Source of the DNA: an uncultured delta proteobacterium
GTDB taxonomy: Bacteria; Desulfobacterota; Binatia; UBA9968
Reading direction: 5' to 3'
Length of the DNA: 64,000 nt
Assembly: GCA_963816145.1 (NCBI GenBank)
Contig: CAWFJP010000012.1
Span: 32,001 to 96,000, forward strand
Under the pieces are notes generated by a model, which was not told where the DNA came from, did no database searches, and saw only the letters and a list, made by a program, of their open reading frames with translations. Shown here in pieces: positions 28,551-38,954 of this stretch. Both the position numbers and the translations under genes were made by a program. Numbering within the stretch: the first letter of the stretch is position 1; each line of letters begins with the position of its first letter.

Positions 28551-30140
28551 ATGGACCCAGTAAAGATCGTCATCAACGGTCAGGAAGTCGTCACCTCCAA
28601 GGGCAAGACCGTGATCCAAGCGGCTGCCGAGGCCGGTGTGGCGATCCCGCACTATTGCTATCATCCGAAGCTGTCGATCGCCGGTAACTGCCGCATGTGC
28701 ATGGTCGAGATCGAAAAGATGCCCAAGCTGCAGATCGCCTGTAACACCCAGGTGGCCGAGGGCATGTCGGTGTTGACCCAGAGTCCCAAAGTTGTCGCGG
28801 TGCGCAAGGCAGTCTTAGAGTTTCTCCTGATCAACCACCCGGTGGATTGCCCAATCTGCGACCAGGCCGGCGAGTGTCAGTTGCAAAACTACTACATGGA
28901 ACATGACAGGGAGGCGAGCCGTCTCGAGGTCGGCAAGATCCACGACCGCAAGAAAACCATCTTCGGTCCTAACGTGGTTTTCGACGGCGAGCGCTGTATC
29001 AAGTGCACCCGCTGCGTGCGTTTTTGCCAGGAGATCACCAAGACCAACGAACTGGCGGTGATCAACCGCGGCGATCACTCGACGATTTCGCTATTCGACG
29101 ACGCCGTGCTCGACAATCCACTATCCGCCAACGTCGTCGACATTTGCCCGGTAGGCGCGCTCACCGACCGGGATTTTCGCTTTAAAGTGCGGGTCTGGTA
29201 TTTAGACAAAACCCCGTCCATCTGTCCCGGCTGCAGCACCGGCTGCAACATCAGCGTCGAAGCGTATCAAAACAAGATCGCGCGCTTCAAACCCCGGCAA
29301 AATGAAGCGGTCAACAGTCACTGGATCTGCGACGAAGGGCGTTACTGTTTTCATGAATTGGCCGGCGGCGAACGGCTGACCACACCGATGATCCGCCAAG
29401 AAGGCGGCCTAGTGCCGGCGACTTGGGAAACGGCATTGCAGGCTGTGGTCAACGGATTACGCGGCGCGCAGCCGCTGGCGGGGATTCTCTCCGGACGTAA
29501 TACCAATGAAGAGGCCTATTTGTTCGCCAAGCTGCTGCGCAAGCTCACCAGTTATTGTTCGATGGAAGTTTTCTATCAGGAACGGCCGCTCACCGATGTG
29601 CAAAAGATTCTAATGAACCCGGACCGTTCGCCGAATTTCCGCGGCGCCCGCGACATGGGGGTAAGCTCCAGCGGCGGCTTCGCGGGATTGCTGCAGGAGT
29701 TAGCCGGTAATCATTTTTCCAGCGCTTTCATTGTCGGCGAGGATTTACTCGGAGCTAACGGCAGCGGCGAGAAGATTCGCAGCGCCTTGCAGAAGCTCAG
29801 TTTCCTGGTCGTGCAAGATACCATGTTGAGCGAGACTGCCAAGTTGGCTCATGTGGTCTTGCCGGCGGCACACTTTGGCGAGAAAGAGGGCACCTACACC
29901 AATCGCCAGGGCCGTGTGCAAAGGCTCAATGCCGCGGTGATCTGTCCCGACGGCGCGCGCCAGGACAGCGAGATTTTCTTGCGCCTGTTAGAAGGCGCGG
30001 GGCAACAGCTCGATTATTCCACGGCTGCCGAGATATTTACCGCGTTGACCAAAGAAGTGATCGCCTATAACGGACTCAATTACGACTCGATCGGCGATCA
30101 AGGATGCGAGTTGGGAAGTGGCGGTGGCGCAGCGTCATGA
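28551..30140 (+). CDS. nuoG: NADH-quinone oxidoreductase subunit G (short, 529 aa)
   Basis: HYCYHP..SIAGNCRMC, HPVDCPICDQAGEC, CIKCTRC, CPVGAL, CPGCSTGC...WICDEGR. Confidence 0.93.
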   Translation: MDPVKIVINGQEVVTSKGKTVIQAAAEAGVAIPHYCYHPKLSIAGNCRMCMVEIEKMPKLQIACNTQVAEGMSVLTQSPKVVAVRKAVLEFLLINHPVDCPICDQAGECQLQNYYMEHDREASRLEVGKIHDRKKTIFGPNVVFDGERCIKCTRCVRFCQEITKTNELAVINRGDHSTISLFDDAVLDNPLSANVVDICPVGALTDRDFRFKVRVWYLDKTPSICPGCSTGCNISVEAYQNKIARFKPRQNEAVNSHWICDEGRYCFHELAGGERLTTPMIRQEGGLVPATWETALQAVVNGLRGAQPLAGILSGRNTNEEAYLFAKLLRKLTSYCSMEVFYQERPLTDVQKILMNPDRSPNFRGARDMGVSSSGGFAGLLQELAGNHFSSAFIVGEDLLGANGSGEKIRSALQKLSFLVVQDTMLSETAKLAHVVLPAAHFGEKEGTYTNRQGRVQRLNAAVICPDGARQDSEIFLRLLEGAGQQLDYSTAAEIFTALTKEVIAYNGLNYDSIGDQGCELGSGGGAAS

Positions 30141-31267
30141 TCGTCGACCTCGCGATTATCACCCTTAAAGCGGTGCTTGTCGTCGCTATGGTGCTCAACC
30201 TCGCCGGCATTCTGGGCTGGGTTGAGCGCAAAGGCAGCGCGCTCATCCAAGACCGCATCGGCGCCAACCGGGCATCGATCTTGGGCTTCGCCGGTCTGGG
30301 TCTGATCAATACTATGATCGCCGATCCGCTCAAGTTTCTGACCAAAGAAGATTTCATTCCGCCCAAGGGCGACCGCTTCCTGCACACCTTGGCCCCTTGC
30401 ATGGCACTGTTTCCGGCGCTGGTGACCTTCGCCGTCATTCCTTTCGGCGATGTGCTTAACCTCGGCGAGCGCTCGATCAATTTACAGGTCGCCAATCTCA
30501 ACATCGGCATCCTCTACGTGTTCGCCATGGGTTCTTTGGGCGTTTACGGCATCGTCATTGGCGCCTGGGCGTCGAACAATAAGTTTTCCATGCTCGGCGG
30601 CGTGCGCGGCTCGGCGCAGATGATCTCCTATGAGGTCGCCATGGGGCTGTCGGTGATCGGCATCTTGATGGTTTATGGCACGTTGGAGCTGCAAGATATC
30701 GCCCGTGGCCAAGCCACCTTGCTGCGCGACCTCATGCCCACGTGGCTCAGTTTTTTGACTCCGCTCATCGGTTGGTTGCCGGCGTGGGGGATTTTTCTCC
30801 AACCGCTGGCGTTCCTATTATTTTTCACCGCCGCGGTGGCGGAGACCAAACGCATACCGTTCGATTTGCCCGAAGGCGAGTCGGAGCTGGTGGCCGGTTA
30901 TCATACCGAATATTCCGGCGGCAAGTTCTTGATGTTCTTTGCCGGTGAGTTTGCCGAGGTCGTCACCGTTGCCGGTTTGGTGACGAGTTTATTTTTTGGC
31001 GGCTGGCAGGTGCCCTATCTTTTGCGTGACGGTTTCCATTTCCCTTGGGGCGGTATCCTGCTGTTGCCGCATGTCTTAATCGTCCTGCTGCAAGTGACGG
31101 CATTCACGGTCAAGGTGGTGTTTTTCTGCTGGCTGCAGATCCTCTTGCGCTGGAGTGTGCCGCGCTTTCGTTACGACCAGGTCATGCGCTTGGGTTGGAA
31201 AATGCTCTTACCGCTGGCGCTGCTAAACGTCGTCGCCACGGCGATTTGGATCGTCGCAGCGCAATAG
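30137..31267 (+). CDS. nuoH: NADH-quinone oxidoreductase subunit H
   Basis: ERK...QDRIG, AQMISYE, PFDLPEGESELVAGYHTEYS, PRFRYDQ. ATGA overlap with nuoG. Confidence 0.96.
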   Translation: MIVDLAIITLKAVLVVAMVLNLAGILGWVERKGSALIQDRIGANRASILGFAGLGLINTMIADPLKFLTKEDFIPPKGDRFLHTLAPCMALFPALVTFAVIPFGDVLNLGERSINLQVANLNIGILYVFAMGSLGVYGIVIGAWASNNKFSMLGGVRGSAQMISYEVAMGLSVIGILMVYGTLELQDIARGQATLLRDLMPTWLSFLTPLIGWLPAWGIFLQPLAFLLFFTAAVAETKRIPFDLPEGESELVAGYHTEYSGGKFLMFFAGEFAEVVTVAGLVTSLFFGGWQVPYLLRDGFHFPWGGILLLPHVLIVLLQVTAFTVKVVFFCWLQILLRWSVPRFRYDQVMRLGWKMLLPLALLNVVATAIWIVAAQ

Positions 31268-31278
31268 ACTTTGAGTTT

Positions 31279-31773
31279 ATGGATACCGCGAGTCTACTTT
31301 TTTACCTGCTGGCCACCTTGCTGGTGATCGCGTCGCTGATGGTGGTGTTTCTACGCAACGTCGTGCACTGCGCCATGGCGCTGGTTTCGGCGCTGCTCTT
31401 GATCGCGGTGTTGTTCGTTACCTTGCATGCGCCCATGGTCGGGGTGCTGCAGGTGATGGTCTACGCCGGCGCCATCATGGTTTTGTTTCTTTTCGTCATC
31501 ATGTTGCTCAACCCGGCGGCATTGGAGCAGCAGCCCGGTCTCTGGTGGGGCTTCGGCACGCTCCTGGCCTTGATGCTTGCCGGTGTCTTGGTTCCGTTGG
31601 TGGCGACCAACGATCTTCCCGCCGACCCGGTGGCGGCGACGGAATTATTCGGCAGTCCCGAAATGCTCGCCAAAAGCTTATTTAACGATTACGTGCTGCC
31701 CTTCGAAATCGCATCTGTCTTATTATTGGTTGCGATCATCGGCGCGGTGGTTTTGGCCAAGCGAGAAAATTAA
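31279..31773 (+). CDS. nuoJ: NADH-quinone oxidoreductase subunit J
   Basis: [20 protein letters not shown] and [16 protein letters not shown]. Confidence 0.95.
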   Translation: MDTASLLFYLLATLLVIASLMVVFLRNVVHCAMALVSALLLIAVLFVTLHAPMVGVLQVMVYAGAIMVLFLFVIMLLNPAALEQQPGLWWGFGTLLALMLAGVLVPLVATNDLPADPVAATELFGSPEMLAKSLFNDYVLPFEIASVLLLVAIIGAVVLAKREN

Positions 31774-31778
31774 CTGCC

Positions 31779-32081
31779 ATGATTGGGCTGCACCATTATC
31801 TGATTCTAAGCGCGGTGATCTTCGCCATCGGCGTCATCGGCGTGTTGATCCGGCGCAATCTGATCGTCATCCTCATGTCCATAGAATTGATGCTCAACGC
31901 GGTCAACCTGACTTTTATCGCGTTTTCGCGCTATCTCGGCTCGACCGACGGCCAGGTGGTGGTGTTCTTCGTCATGGCGGTGGCCGCGGCGGAGGCTGTC
32001 ATCGGGCTGGCCATCATCATTTCGGTCTATCGCCATCGCCAATCCTTGGATCCCCAGGAGATGCAGCTGCTCAAATGGTAG
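31779..32081 (+). CDS. nuoK: NADH-quinone oxidoreductase subunit K
   Basis: [11 protein letters not shown] and [10 protein letters not shown]. Confidence 0.96.
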   Translation: MIGLHHYLILSAVIFAIGVIGVLIRRNLIVILMSIELMLNAVNLTFIAFSRYLGSTDGQVVVFFVMAVAAAEAVIGLAIIISVYRHRQSLDPQEMQLLKW

Positions 32082-33997
32082 AGACGACCCAAAATCTGGT
32101 GAATACCGATCTTTTGCGCTGGATTCCCTTGATTCCGCTGCTCGGCAGTGTGGTCAATCTGTTCTTTGGCCGGGCATTGGGTAAACAAGGCGCCGGGTTG
32201 TTGGCCTGCGCGGCGGTCGGGACATCGTTCGCATTGGTTGTTTTTGTCTTCTCGCAGTTGCCATCGACTGGGATCTTTCGCGATTTGCTTTACACCTGGA
32301 TTCACTCAGGGTCTTTTCAGGCCAATCTTTCCTTTCAAGTCGATGCGTTAACCACGGTGATGCTCTTGGTGGTCACCGGCATCGGCTTTTTGATCCATAT
32401 TTATTCCTTGGGCTACATGGGCGATGACGACGACATGGTGCGCTTTTTTATTTATCTCAACCTGTTCATCTTTTTCATGCTGCTCTTGGTCATGGGTGAC
32501 AATCTGCTGTTGCTCTTTGTCGGTTGGGAAGGTGTCGGCCTTTGTTCCTATCTCTTGATCGGTTTCTGGTACCACGATCACAACAACACCATCGCCGGCA
32601 ATAAGGCGTTTATCGTCAACCGCATCGGCGATCTGGGATTCATCATCGGGATTTTCGTGTTGGTGGCTGAGTTAGGCCGCCAAGGCATCTGGACGCTCGA
32701 TTTCGTCGAGCTGCAGAAGCATGTGAAAATGTTGCAGCCGGGCACCATTACGTTAATCACCTTTCTGCTTTTCATCGGCGCCACGGGAAAATCGGCACAG
32801 ATACCGCTGTTTGTCTGGCTGCCCGACGCTATGGCCGGACCGACGCCGGTGAGCGCGCTGATCCACGCCGCCACCATGGTGACCGCCGGCGTCTACATGA
32901 CGGCACGGCTGCATTTTCTCTTCGCCTTGGCGCCGGCGACCTTGGCACTTATCGCTGTGATCGGCACGGCGACGGCATTTTTCGCCGCGACCATTGCGCT
33001 GACGCAGAACGATATCAAGAAAGTCTTGGCCTACTCGACGGTGAGCCAACTGGGGTACATGTTTCTCGCCGTCGGCATGGGTGGCTTCGGTGCGGCGATC
33101 TTTCACGTCTTCACCCATGCGTTCTTCAAAGCTTGCTTGTTCCTGGGTTCCGGTAGCGTTATCCACGCTCTCGGCGGCGAGCAGGATATGCGCAAGATGG
33201 GCGGGCTCAAAGCTTACATGCCGAAAACTTACTGGACCTACGTCGTTGCAACTTTGGCGATCGCCGGCGTGCCCTTCACCGCCGGTTTCTTCTCCAAGGA
33301 TTTGATTCTCTGGCAGACCTTCAGCCATGGCGCGACCCTGTTATGGGCCGTTGGCCTTGTCACCGCCGGAATGACCGCCTTTTACATGTTTCGCCAGCTA
33401 TTCATGGTCTTTCATGGCGAGTGCCGCGCCGACGCCCATGCCAAGGCGCATATTCATGAATCGCCGGCAATCATGACCTTGCCGCTGATTATCCTGGCCG
33501 TCGGTTCGGTCTTCACCGGTTGGCTGGGCGCGCCGGAATATCTCTGGGGCAGCCGCTGGGATCATTGGCTGGAGCCGATCTTCGGTGCCCAGGCCCATCA
33601 TGGTGCGGTAAGTAGCGAGCTGTTGGTGACCTTTGTCACTTTGGCCGTGGTCGCCGTGGGAATTTATTTGGCATACCTCATGTTCGGCAAAGCCGGAGCG
33701 TTGGCCGGACAAAGAATTGGCAGCGGCGTTCTCTACGAGCTCTCGCTCAACAAGTATTACGTCGATGATATTTACGATTTTATTTTCGTCCGGCCGTTCA
33801 CGGCGGCGGCCAAGTTCTTTGCCGGCATCGTTGATCCTTGGGTGATCGATGGCGCGGTCAATGGCGTCGCCGCCACGGCGCGCGGTTTCAGCACGATCTG
33901 GCGCGGCCTGCAGACCGGTAACGTACAGCACTATGCAGCGATGTTTTTAGTCGGTGTCCTGGCCCTGCTCGCGTACTATCTCGGACAACTGTCATGA
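32075..33997 (+). CDS. nuoL: NADH-quinone oxidoreductase subunit L
   Basis: [56 protein letters not shown] 32075 overlaps the end of nuoK. Confidence 0.96.
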   Translation: MVETTQNLVNTDLLRWIPLIPLLGSVVNLFFGRALGKQGAGLLACAAVGTSFALVVFVFSQLPSTGIFRDLLYTWIHSGSFQANLSFQVDALTTVMLLVVTGIGFLIHIYSLGYMGDDDDMVRFFIYLNLFIFFMLLLVMGDNLLLLFVGWEGVGLCSYLLIGFWYHDHNNTIAGNKAFIVNRIGDLGFIIGIFVLVAELGRQGIWTLDFVELQKHVKMLQPGTITLITFLLFIGATGKSAQIPLFVWLPDAMAGPTPVSALIHAATMVTAGVYMTARLHFLFALAPATLALIAVIGTATAFFAATIALTQNDIKKVLAYSTVSQLGYMFLAVGMGGFGAAIFHVFTHAFFKACLFLGSGSVIHALGGEQDMRKMGGLKAYMPKTYWTYVVATLAIAGVPFTAGFFSKDLILWQTFSHGATLLWAVGLVTAGMTAFYMFRQLFMVFHGECRADAHAKAHIHESPAIMTLPLIILAVGSVFTGWLGAPEYLWGSRWDHWLEPIFGAQAHHGAVSSELLVTFVTLAVVAVGIYLAYLMFGKAGALAGQRIGSGVLYELSLNKYYVDDIYDFIFVRPFTAAAKFFAGIVDPWVIDGAVNGVAATARGFSTIWRGLQTGNVQHYAAMFLVGVLALLAYYLGQLS

Positions 33998-35547
33998 TGT
34001 CAGCGCAAGGCTTCGGAGATTTGACTCTGCTACTCGCCATCCCGGTGCTCGGCGCGGCGGCGCTTTTGTTTCTGCCGCGGCGCCAGTCGGCCGGGCTGTT
34101 CGCCGTTGCACTGATCGCCAGCGCGATAGCCTTCCTCTGGTCGCTCAAGATTTTCGAACGCTTCGACGGCGGCAACGGCGAGATGCAGCTGATCGAGCGG
34201 GTGGCGTGGATGCCGGCCATCGGCATTCAATATCTTGTCGGTATCGACGGCATCAGCATTTTTCTGGTTTTGCTTACCACCTTTCTCATGCCGCTGGCGC
34301 TGTTGGCCTCCTGGTCGGTGCGTGACAAGGTCAAAGAGTATTTGATCTTCATGCTACTCTTGGAAACCGGCATGCTCGGCGCCTTCCTGGCGCTCGATCT
34401 GGTGCTGTTCTATGTGTTTTGGGAAGTCATGCTGGTGCCGATGTATTTTTTGATCGGCGTGTGGGGCGGTACGCGGCGCATCTACGCGGCGGTGAAATTC
34501 GTTCTCTTCACCATGGCCGGCAGCTTGCTCATGTTGGTGGCGATCATTTATCTCGCCACGCGCCATGCTCAGGTGACGCAAGTGCTGACATTTAACGTGT
34601 TACACCTCTACGATCTGCACTTGCCGGTGGAGCAACAATTCTGGTTATTCCTCGCCTTCGCTTTGTCGTTCGCCATCAAGGTGCCGCTGTTTCCATTCCA
34701 CACCTGGCTGCCTGACGCCCATGTGGAAGCGCCAACCGCCGGATCGGTAATCCTCGCCGGCGTGCTGTTGAAGCTAGGTACCTACGGCTTTCTGCGTTTC
34801 GCCATGCCGCTGTTTCCCGACGCCGCCATCGCCTTGATGCCTTACCTCGTTGCCCTATCGGTTATCGGCATCGTCTACGGCGCGTTGGTGGCGATGATGC
34901 AGACCGATATCAAAAAGCTGGTCGCCTATTCTTCCGTCAGCCATCTAGGGTTCGTCATGCTTGGGCTCTGCGCGCTCAATATGCAGGGAGTGCAGGGCAG
35001 CATCTATCAAATGCTCAATCATGGCCTTTCTACCGGCGCACTGTTTCTCATGGTCGGCATGATCTATGACCGGCGCCACACCCGACTGATCGCCGAATTC
35101 GGCGGATTGTGGAAGCAGATGCCGGTGTTTTCGGTCTTGTTGCTGGTGGTGACGTTGTCCTCCATCGGGCTGCCGGGGCTCAACGGCTTCGTCGGTGAAT
35201 TTCTAATTCTACTCGGCTCCTTTAGCGTGACGCCGCGCTGGACCGCGGTGGCGGCGACCGGCGTGATTCTCGGCGCGATCTACATGCTCTGGATGTTTCG
35301 CCGGGTGATCTTCGGGCCGCTCAACAACCCGGAGAATCAAAAGCTGCAAGATCTGAACGGCCGGGAATTGTTAATCTTAGCGCCGATGATTTTCTTGATC
35401 GTTTACATGGGCGTCCATCCCCAGCCGTTCTTGAGCCGCATGCAACCGGCGGTGGCATTAAATTTGAAGCGAATCTTTACTTTGCCAGTATCACCCATGG
35501 CCGCCCAACCTGATGTCAGCGGGGAGCAGCAGAACGATGGACGTTAA
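33994..35547 (+). CDS. nuoM: NADH-quinone oxidoreductase subunit M
   Basis: FWEVMLVPMY, KVPLFPFHTWLPDAHVEAPT, AYSSVSHLG. Confidence 0.96.
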   Translation: MMSAQGFGDLTLLLAIPVLGAAALLFLPRRQSAGLFAVALIASAIAFLWSLKIFERFDGGNGEMQLIERVAWMPAIGIQYLVGIDGISIFLVLLTTFLMPLALLASWSVRDKVKEYLIFMLLLETGMLGAFLALDLVLFYVFWEVMLVPMYFLIGVWGGTRRIYAAVKFVLFTMAGSLLMLVAIIYLATRHAQVTQVLTFNVLHLYDLHLPVEQQFWLFLAFALSFAIKVPLFPFHTWLPDAHVEAPTAGSVILAGVLLKLGTYGFLRFAMPLFPDAAIALMPYLVALSVIGIVYGALVAMMQTDIKKLVAYSSVSHLGFVMLGLCALNMQGVQGSIYQMLNHGLSTGALFLMVGMIYDRRHTRLIAEFGGLWKQMPVFSVLLLVVTLSSIGLPGLNGFVGEFLILLGSFSVTPRWTAVAATGVILGAIYMLWMFRRVIFGPLNNPENQKLQDLNGRELLILAPMIFLIVYMGVHPQPFLSRMQPAVALNLKRIFTLPVSPMAAQPDVSGEQQNDGR

Positions 35548-36982
35548 CCTCGTACCCCTGCTGCCGGCGGTGCAAGTGCTGGTTACTGCACTGGTGGTCA
35601 CCGTGCGTGACCTGTTTATCAAGGCCAACGAATCGCGCGGCGTCCTAGCTTTCTATAGTCTTGTTGGTCTCGGCTTGGCCGCCGCCGAGGTGGTGTTGTT
35701 GCTCGGCGGCAAGCAAGAGAGCGCATTCAACGACAGCTTCATGCTCGATCGCTTCGCGTTGTTTTTCGCGGTGATTTTTATCTTTGCAGCGGCGCTGACG
35801 ATTCTCACATCGATCGACTATGTGCGGCAGGCCGGCATCCACGAGGGTGAATTCTACGCGCTCATTCTGTTCGCGACCTCGGGCATGATTGTCATGGCGG
35901 CGGCCAACGATTTGATGGTTTTCTTCCTCGGCCTGGAAACCATGTCGATCGCGGTCTACGTGCTCACCGGCATGTGGCGTTCCAACGGCCGATCTAGCGA
36001 AGCGGCGATGAAATACTTTTTAATGGGCGCCTATGCCACCGGCTTCTTGCTCTATGGGATCGCGTTGATCTACGGCGCCACCGGCTCGACCAATCTAACC
36101 CAAATATCCGCTTATATGCTTGACCAACCCGCTGAATGGCCGATTTATCTGATCGGCGGCGGTTTTTTGCTGTTGATCGGTTTCGCTTTCAAAGTCGGCG
36201 CAGTGCCGTTTCATTTCTGGGTGCCCGATGTTTACGACGGCGCGCCGACGCCGGTGACCGGTTTCATGTCGGTGGCGGTCAAGGCCGCCGCCTTCGCCGC
36301 CTGGGCGCGCATCCTGCTATACCGGCTCTCGCCGTTGGACGGCGATTGGGTATTTCCACTGTGGATCATCGCTATCGGCACGATGACGTTAGGCAATCTG
36401 TTGGCGATCACCCAACAGAGTATCAAGCGTATGCTGGCGTACTCGAGCATCGCCCATGCGGGATATCTACTGATACCCATCGTCGTCGGCGTGGAATGGG
36501 GCGGTTTGCCGCTGCTGTTCTATCTACTCACCTATTCTTTCATGACCCTGGGCGCTTTCGCCGTGCTTGCCAGCATGGCGGAGGGCAACGAGCCTCGCGA
36601 TGGATACAGTGACTTTGCCGGATTGGGTTTCAAGCGGCCGTTCTTGGCGCTCGCCATGTCGCTCTTTATGCTATCACTGGCCGGATTCCCACCGCTGGCT
36701 GGTTTCACCGGCAAGTTCTACGTCTTTCGTTCGGCAGTTTTATCCGGCCAATTAAACCTCGCCATAATCGGTGTGCTCAACAGCCTGCTGTCGGTGATCT
36801 TCTACTTGCGGGTTATCGTCGCGATGTATATGGAAGAGGGCGGCGCCCAAGGAAAATCGTTTCGCCAAGCGCCGTTCGTTTATATCGCCGTCGCCATCGC
36901 TCTGATCGGCACGATCTATTTGGGTATTCTGCCCGCCGACGCACTCAACTGGAGCCGCCAGGCTTTTGGCTCGTTGGAATAA
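35537..36982 (+). CDS. nuoN: NADH-quinone oxidoreductase subunit N
   Basis: EAAMKYF, FKVGAVPFHFWVPDVY, KRMLAYSSIAHAGY, SLAGFPP..GF.GK. Confidence 0.96.
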   Translation: MDVNLVPLLPAVQVLVTALVVTVRDLFIKANESRGVLAFYSLVGLGLAAAEVVLLLGGKQESAFNDSFMLDRFALFFAVIFIFAAALTILTSIDYVRQAGIHEGEFYALILFATSGMIVMAAANDLMVFFLGLETMSIAVYVLTGMWRSNGRSSEAAMKYFLMGAYATGFLLYGIALIYGATGSTNLTQISAYMLDQPAEWPIYLIGGGFLLLIGFAFKVGAVPFHFWVPDVYDGAPTPVTGFMSVAVKAAAFAAWARILLYRLSPLDGDWVFPLWIIAIGTMTLGNLLAITQQSIKRMLAYSSIAHAGYLLIPIVVGVEWGGLPLLFYLLTYSFMTLGAFAVLASMAEGNEPRDGYSDFAGLGFKRPFLALAMSLFMLSLAGFPPLAGFTGKFYVFRSAVLSGQLNLAIIGVLNSLLSVIFYLRVIVAMYMEEGGAQGKSFRQAPFVYIAVAIALIGTIYLGILPADALNWSRQAFGSLE

Positions 36983-36988
36983 ATTCAT

Positions 36989-37069
36989 TCACCACGAAGG
37001 ACACGAAGCGCACGAAGTTCGGAGGAATCAGTATCCGGGACCTTCGCGTTCTTCGTGCCTTCGTGGTGA
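36989..37069. repeat. TCACCACGAAG...CTTCGTGGTGA 9-nt periodic inverted repeat
   Basis: (CACGAAGNN)x3 arm and its complementary arm, directly after the nuoN stop. Confidence 0.85.
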
Positions 37070-37096
37070 TATCGTTCTCTGCGCTGCAAAACACAA

Positions 37097-37945
37097 TCAG
37101 TTTGTTTTGACGAAGAAGCCGATCGCTACCGGCACTTCGGAAGTGCCGGGCACCGATTCTTCCAATCTGCCTGATTTGAAATAGAGCTGGGCGGAACCGC
37201 CACCGTCGAGATTCAACAACTCTGGGGTGTCGAGATGCCATTTGGCGTTGGCAAAGAGTTCTTGCAGCTCGACAAAGCTCAAGCCGCCAAGCACCGCATC
37301 GGTGACCGCAATGAGGATGCGCCCCTCTTTATCCATTCCAAGCACGGTCCGGCGGGCGTAACGGCCGAGGCCGCGCATGGTCTCAACCAGCGCACCACGG
37401 CTTAACAACAACGGGCCGGACTGAAGGGCTTCGCTCGATTGCGCCGGAGAAAAATCGTCTCTGTGCATGACCATCGGATTGCCATCGACGATGGCAAAAA
37501 CTCCCGTGTAGAGCGCGTGCGTCGACACAGTGCGATTGATCTCTTTGTCTCTAGTTTTCAGATACGCTAGCGGCCGGCCGCGCTCGTCGAAATAGTTGGC
37601 GTTGATCGCCGCGATGGCACCGCTCTTTTCAACGAAGCTCTTCGCCGTGGCGCCTTTCACTTGAAAATCGCTGCTCGAAAGCACCCGTGCGCCGATGATT
37701 TTAGAATCAAAGCGCAGAAGCTTTAAGTCCAGCGTGTAGTTTGGTTCGGAGCGCAGGAAGGCGATTTTGCGCTGCTCGACGCCTTTGTGAATCGATCGCC
37801 AACTACCAATGTCGGTTGCCGTCAGGGTGCCGCTGATCTTGAATCGCCCGGAAGATTGTCCATGCAGCGGCGTAATCTGGAGAATTAACAGCAAAACGGC
37901 CAACGCCAATGTGAACGAGCAACTCTTCATTCTATCCAAAAGCAT
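37097..37945 (-). CDS. Phosphodiester glycosidase (NAGPA/DUF2233) family exported protein
   Basis: AAINANYF, QSGPLL, ARRTVLG, LNLDGGGS; N-terminal signal peptide. Start codon uncertain. Confidence 0.85.
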   Translation of the reverse strand: MLLDRMKSCSFTLALAVLLLILQITPLHGQSSGRFKISGTLTATDIGSWRSIHKGVEQRKIAFLRSEPNYTLDLKLLRFDSKIIGARVLSSSDFQVKGATAKSFVEKSGAIAAINANYFDERGRPLAYLKTRDKEINRTVSTHALYTGVFAIVDGNPMVMHRDDFSPAQSSEALQSGPLLLSRGALVETMRGLGRYARRTVLGMDKEGRILIAVTDAVLGGLSFVELQELFANAKWHLDTPELLNLDGGGSAQLYFKSGRLEESVPGTSEVPVAIGFFVKTN

Positions 37946-38042
37946 AACAAACCGACGGCAAAAGAACAGCCAGCGCGCAGTTTGCAACTCTTCTCACCTT
38001 CCTGCTAACTGGTTAGACAGCAAATCAATCTTGGAGGCAATC

Positions 38043-38258
38043 ATGGGCAAGACTTTTCGAATGATGGTTTTTTTCGGCTTGGTCGCGGCACTGCCGGCTT
38101 GCGGCGACAAGAAGGATCAAGCGGCAAACGAAGAGGCGGCTAAACAGGCGATCCAACAAGGCGCACAAAAAGAACAGAAGATGATGGAAGGCATGGTCAA
38201 GGGCGTCGAGACTGTCGAAAAGAAGATGACCGAGGAGAAGCAAGAGACGAAGAAGTAG
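38043..38258 (+). CDS. Small lipoprotein (71 aa)
   Basis: GGAGG RBS, signal peptide ending in the lipobox LPAC, Lys/Glu-rich helical mature region. Confidence 0.75.
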   Translation: MGKTFRMMVFFGLVAALPACGDKKDQAANEEAAKQAIQQGAQKEQKMMEGMVKGVETVEKKMTEEKQETKK

Positions 38259-38401
38259 CCCGTTTCGTTGATGTTCCGTTCCGAGCTGCAAAGCGGCATC
38301 ATCTACGCGCTGCTCACCGGTGTGCTCGTCTTGATCCAGAGCTAGGGTTGTTAGGCACTTCAGGTATTAGTCTGGATTCCAAACGCGACGCAATTGATTG
38401 T

Positions 38402-38473
38402 TCACCACGAAGAACACGAAGGCATCGGACACAAAATGTTCCGAACTTCGTGCGCTTCGTGTCTTCGTGGTGA
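38402..38473. repeat. TCACCACGAAG...CTTCGTGGTGA repeat, copy 2
   Basis: Same family as 36989-37069, opposite orientation. Confidence 0.85.
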
Positions 38474-38506
38474 TAATGATTTTCATTGTTTCTCGCTAAG
38501 GACCGT

Positions 38507-38824
38507 TTAACGATTAGGGGTGATTTCAAAAACTACGCGCTCCAGCTGCGGCGGCGAGTCGCGCAAGGTCAAGACCTGCTTGCGCACCGCTTCATCGGCC
38601 ACCTGGTTTGCGGTGCAGGAGATTATCTCGCCTTTGGCGGCGATGCTTACGGTATTGTTAGCGATCATGTTTTGACACCAGTGTTTGCCCTGGACTCTAC
38701 TCGATGTTGCGTAAAATTTTCCCTGCAAAAAGAGAAAGCGCAGCTCGACGGTGCGCGGCAGGCCGCTCTTGCGGCCGGTGGTCGTTAGGTTGGCGACAAC
38801 GGTGGCCCCGTCCTTGAGGTTCAT
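38507..38824 (-). CDS. Deazaflavin-dependent nitroreductase (DDN)-like split beta-barrel protein
   Basis: LTTTGRKSGLPRTVEL and WCQNMIAN, resembling the WxxNL motif. Start codon uncertain. Confidence 0.75.
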   Translation of the reverse strand: MNLKDGATVVANLTTTGRKSGLPRTVELRFLFLQGKFYATSSRVQGKHWCQNMIANNTVSIAAKGEIISCTANQVADEAVRKQVLTLRDSPPQLERVVFEITPNR

Positions 38825-38954
38825 GGGCGGGAATATATGGTCAACTAACTCACGACTCAAGTATTTGCTAACTTGACTCCCTCGCGGATCGAAAGATAAG
38901 CTTGGCGGCGTCTACGCGACTTAAACTATTATCGACAACCCAAGCGGAGGCAAA

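Noticed and set aside
31577-32074. 806-aa extended NuoL (likewise the 242-aa NuoJ from 31045)
   Set aside because: The extensions overlap real neighbouring genes in other frames. The likely starts are 32075 and 31279.
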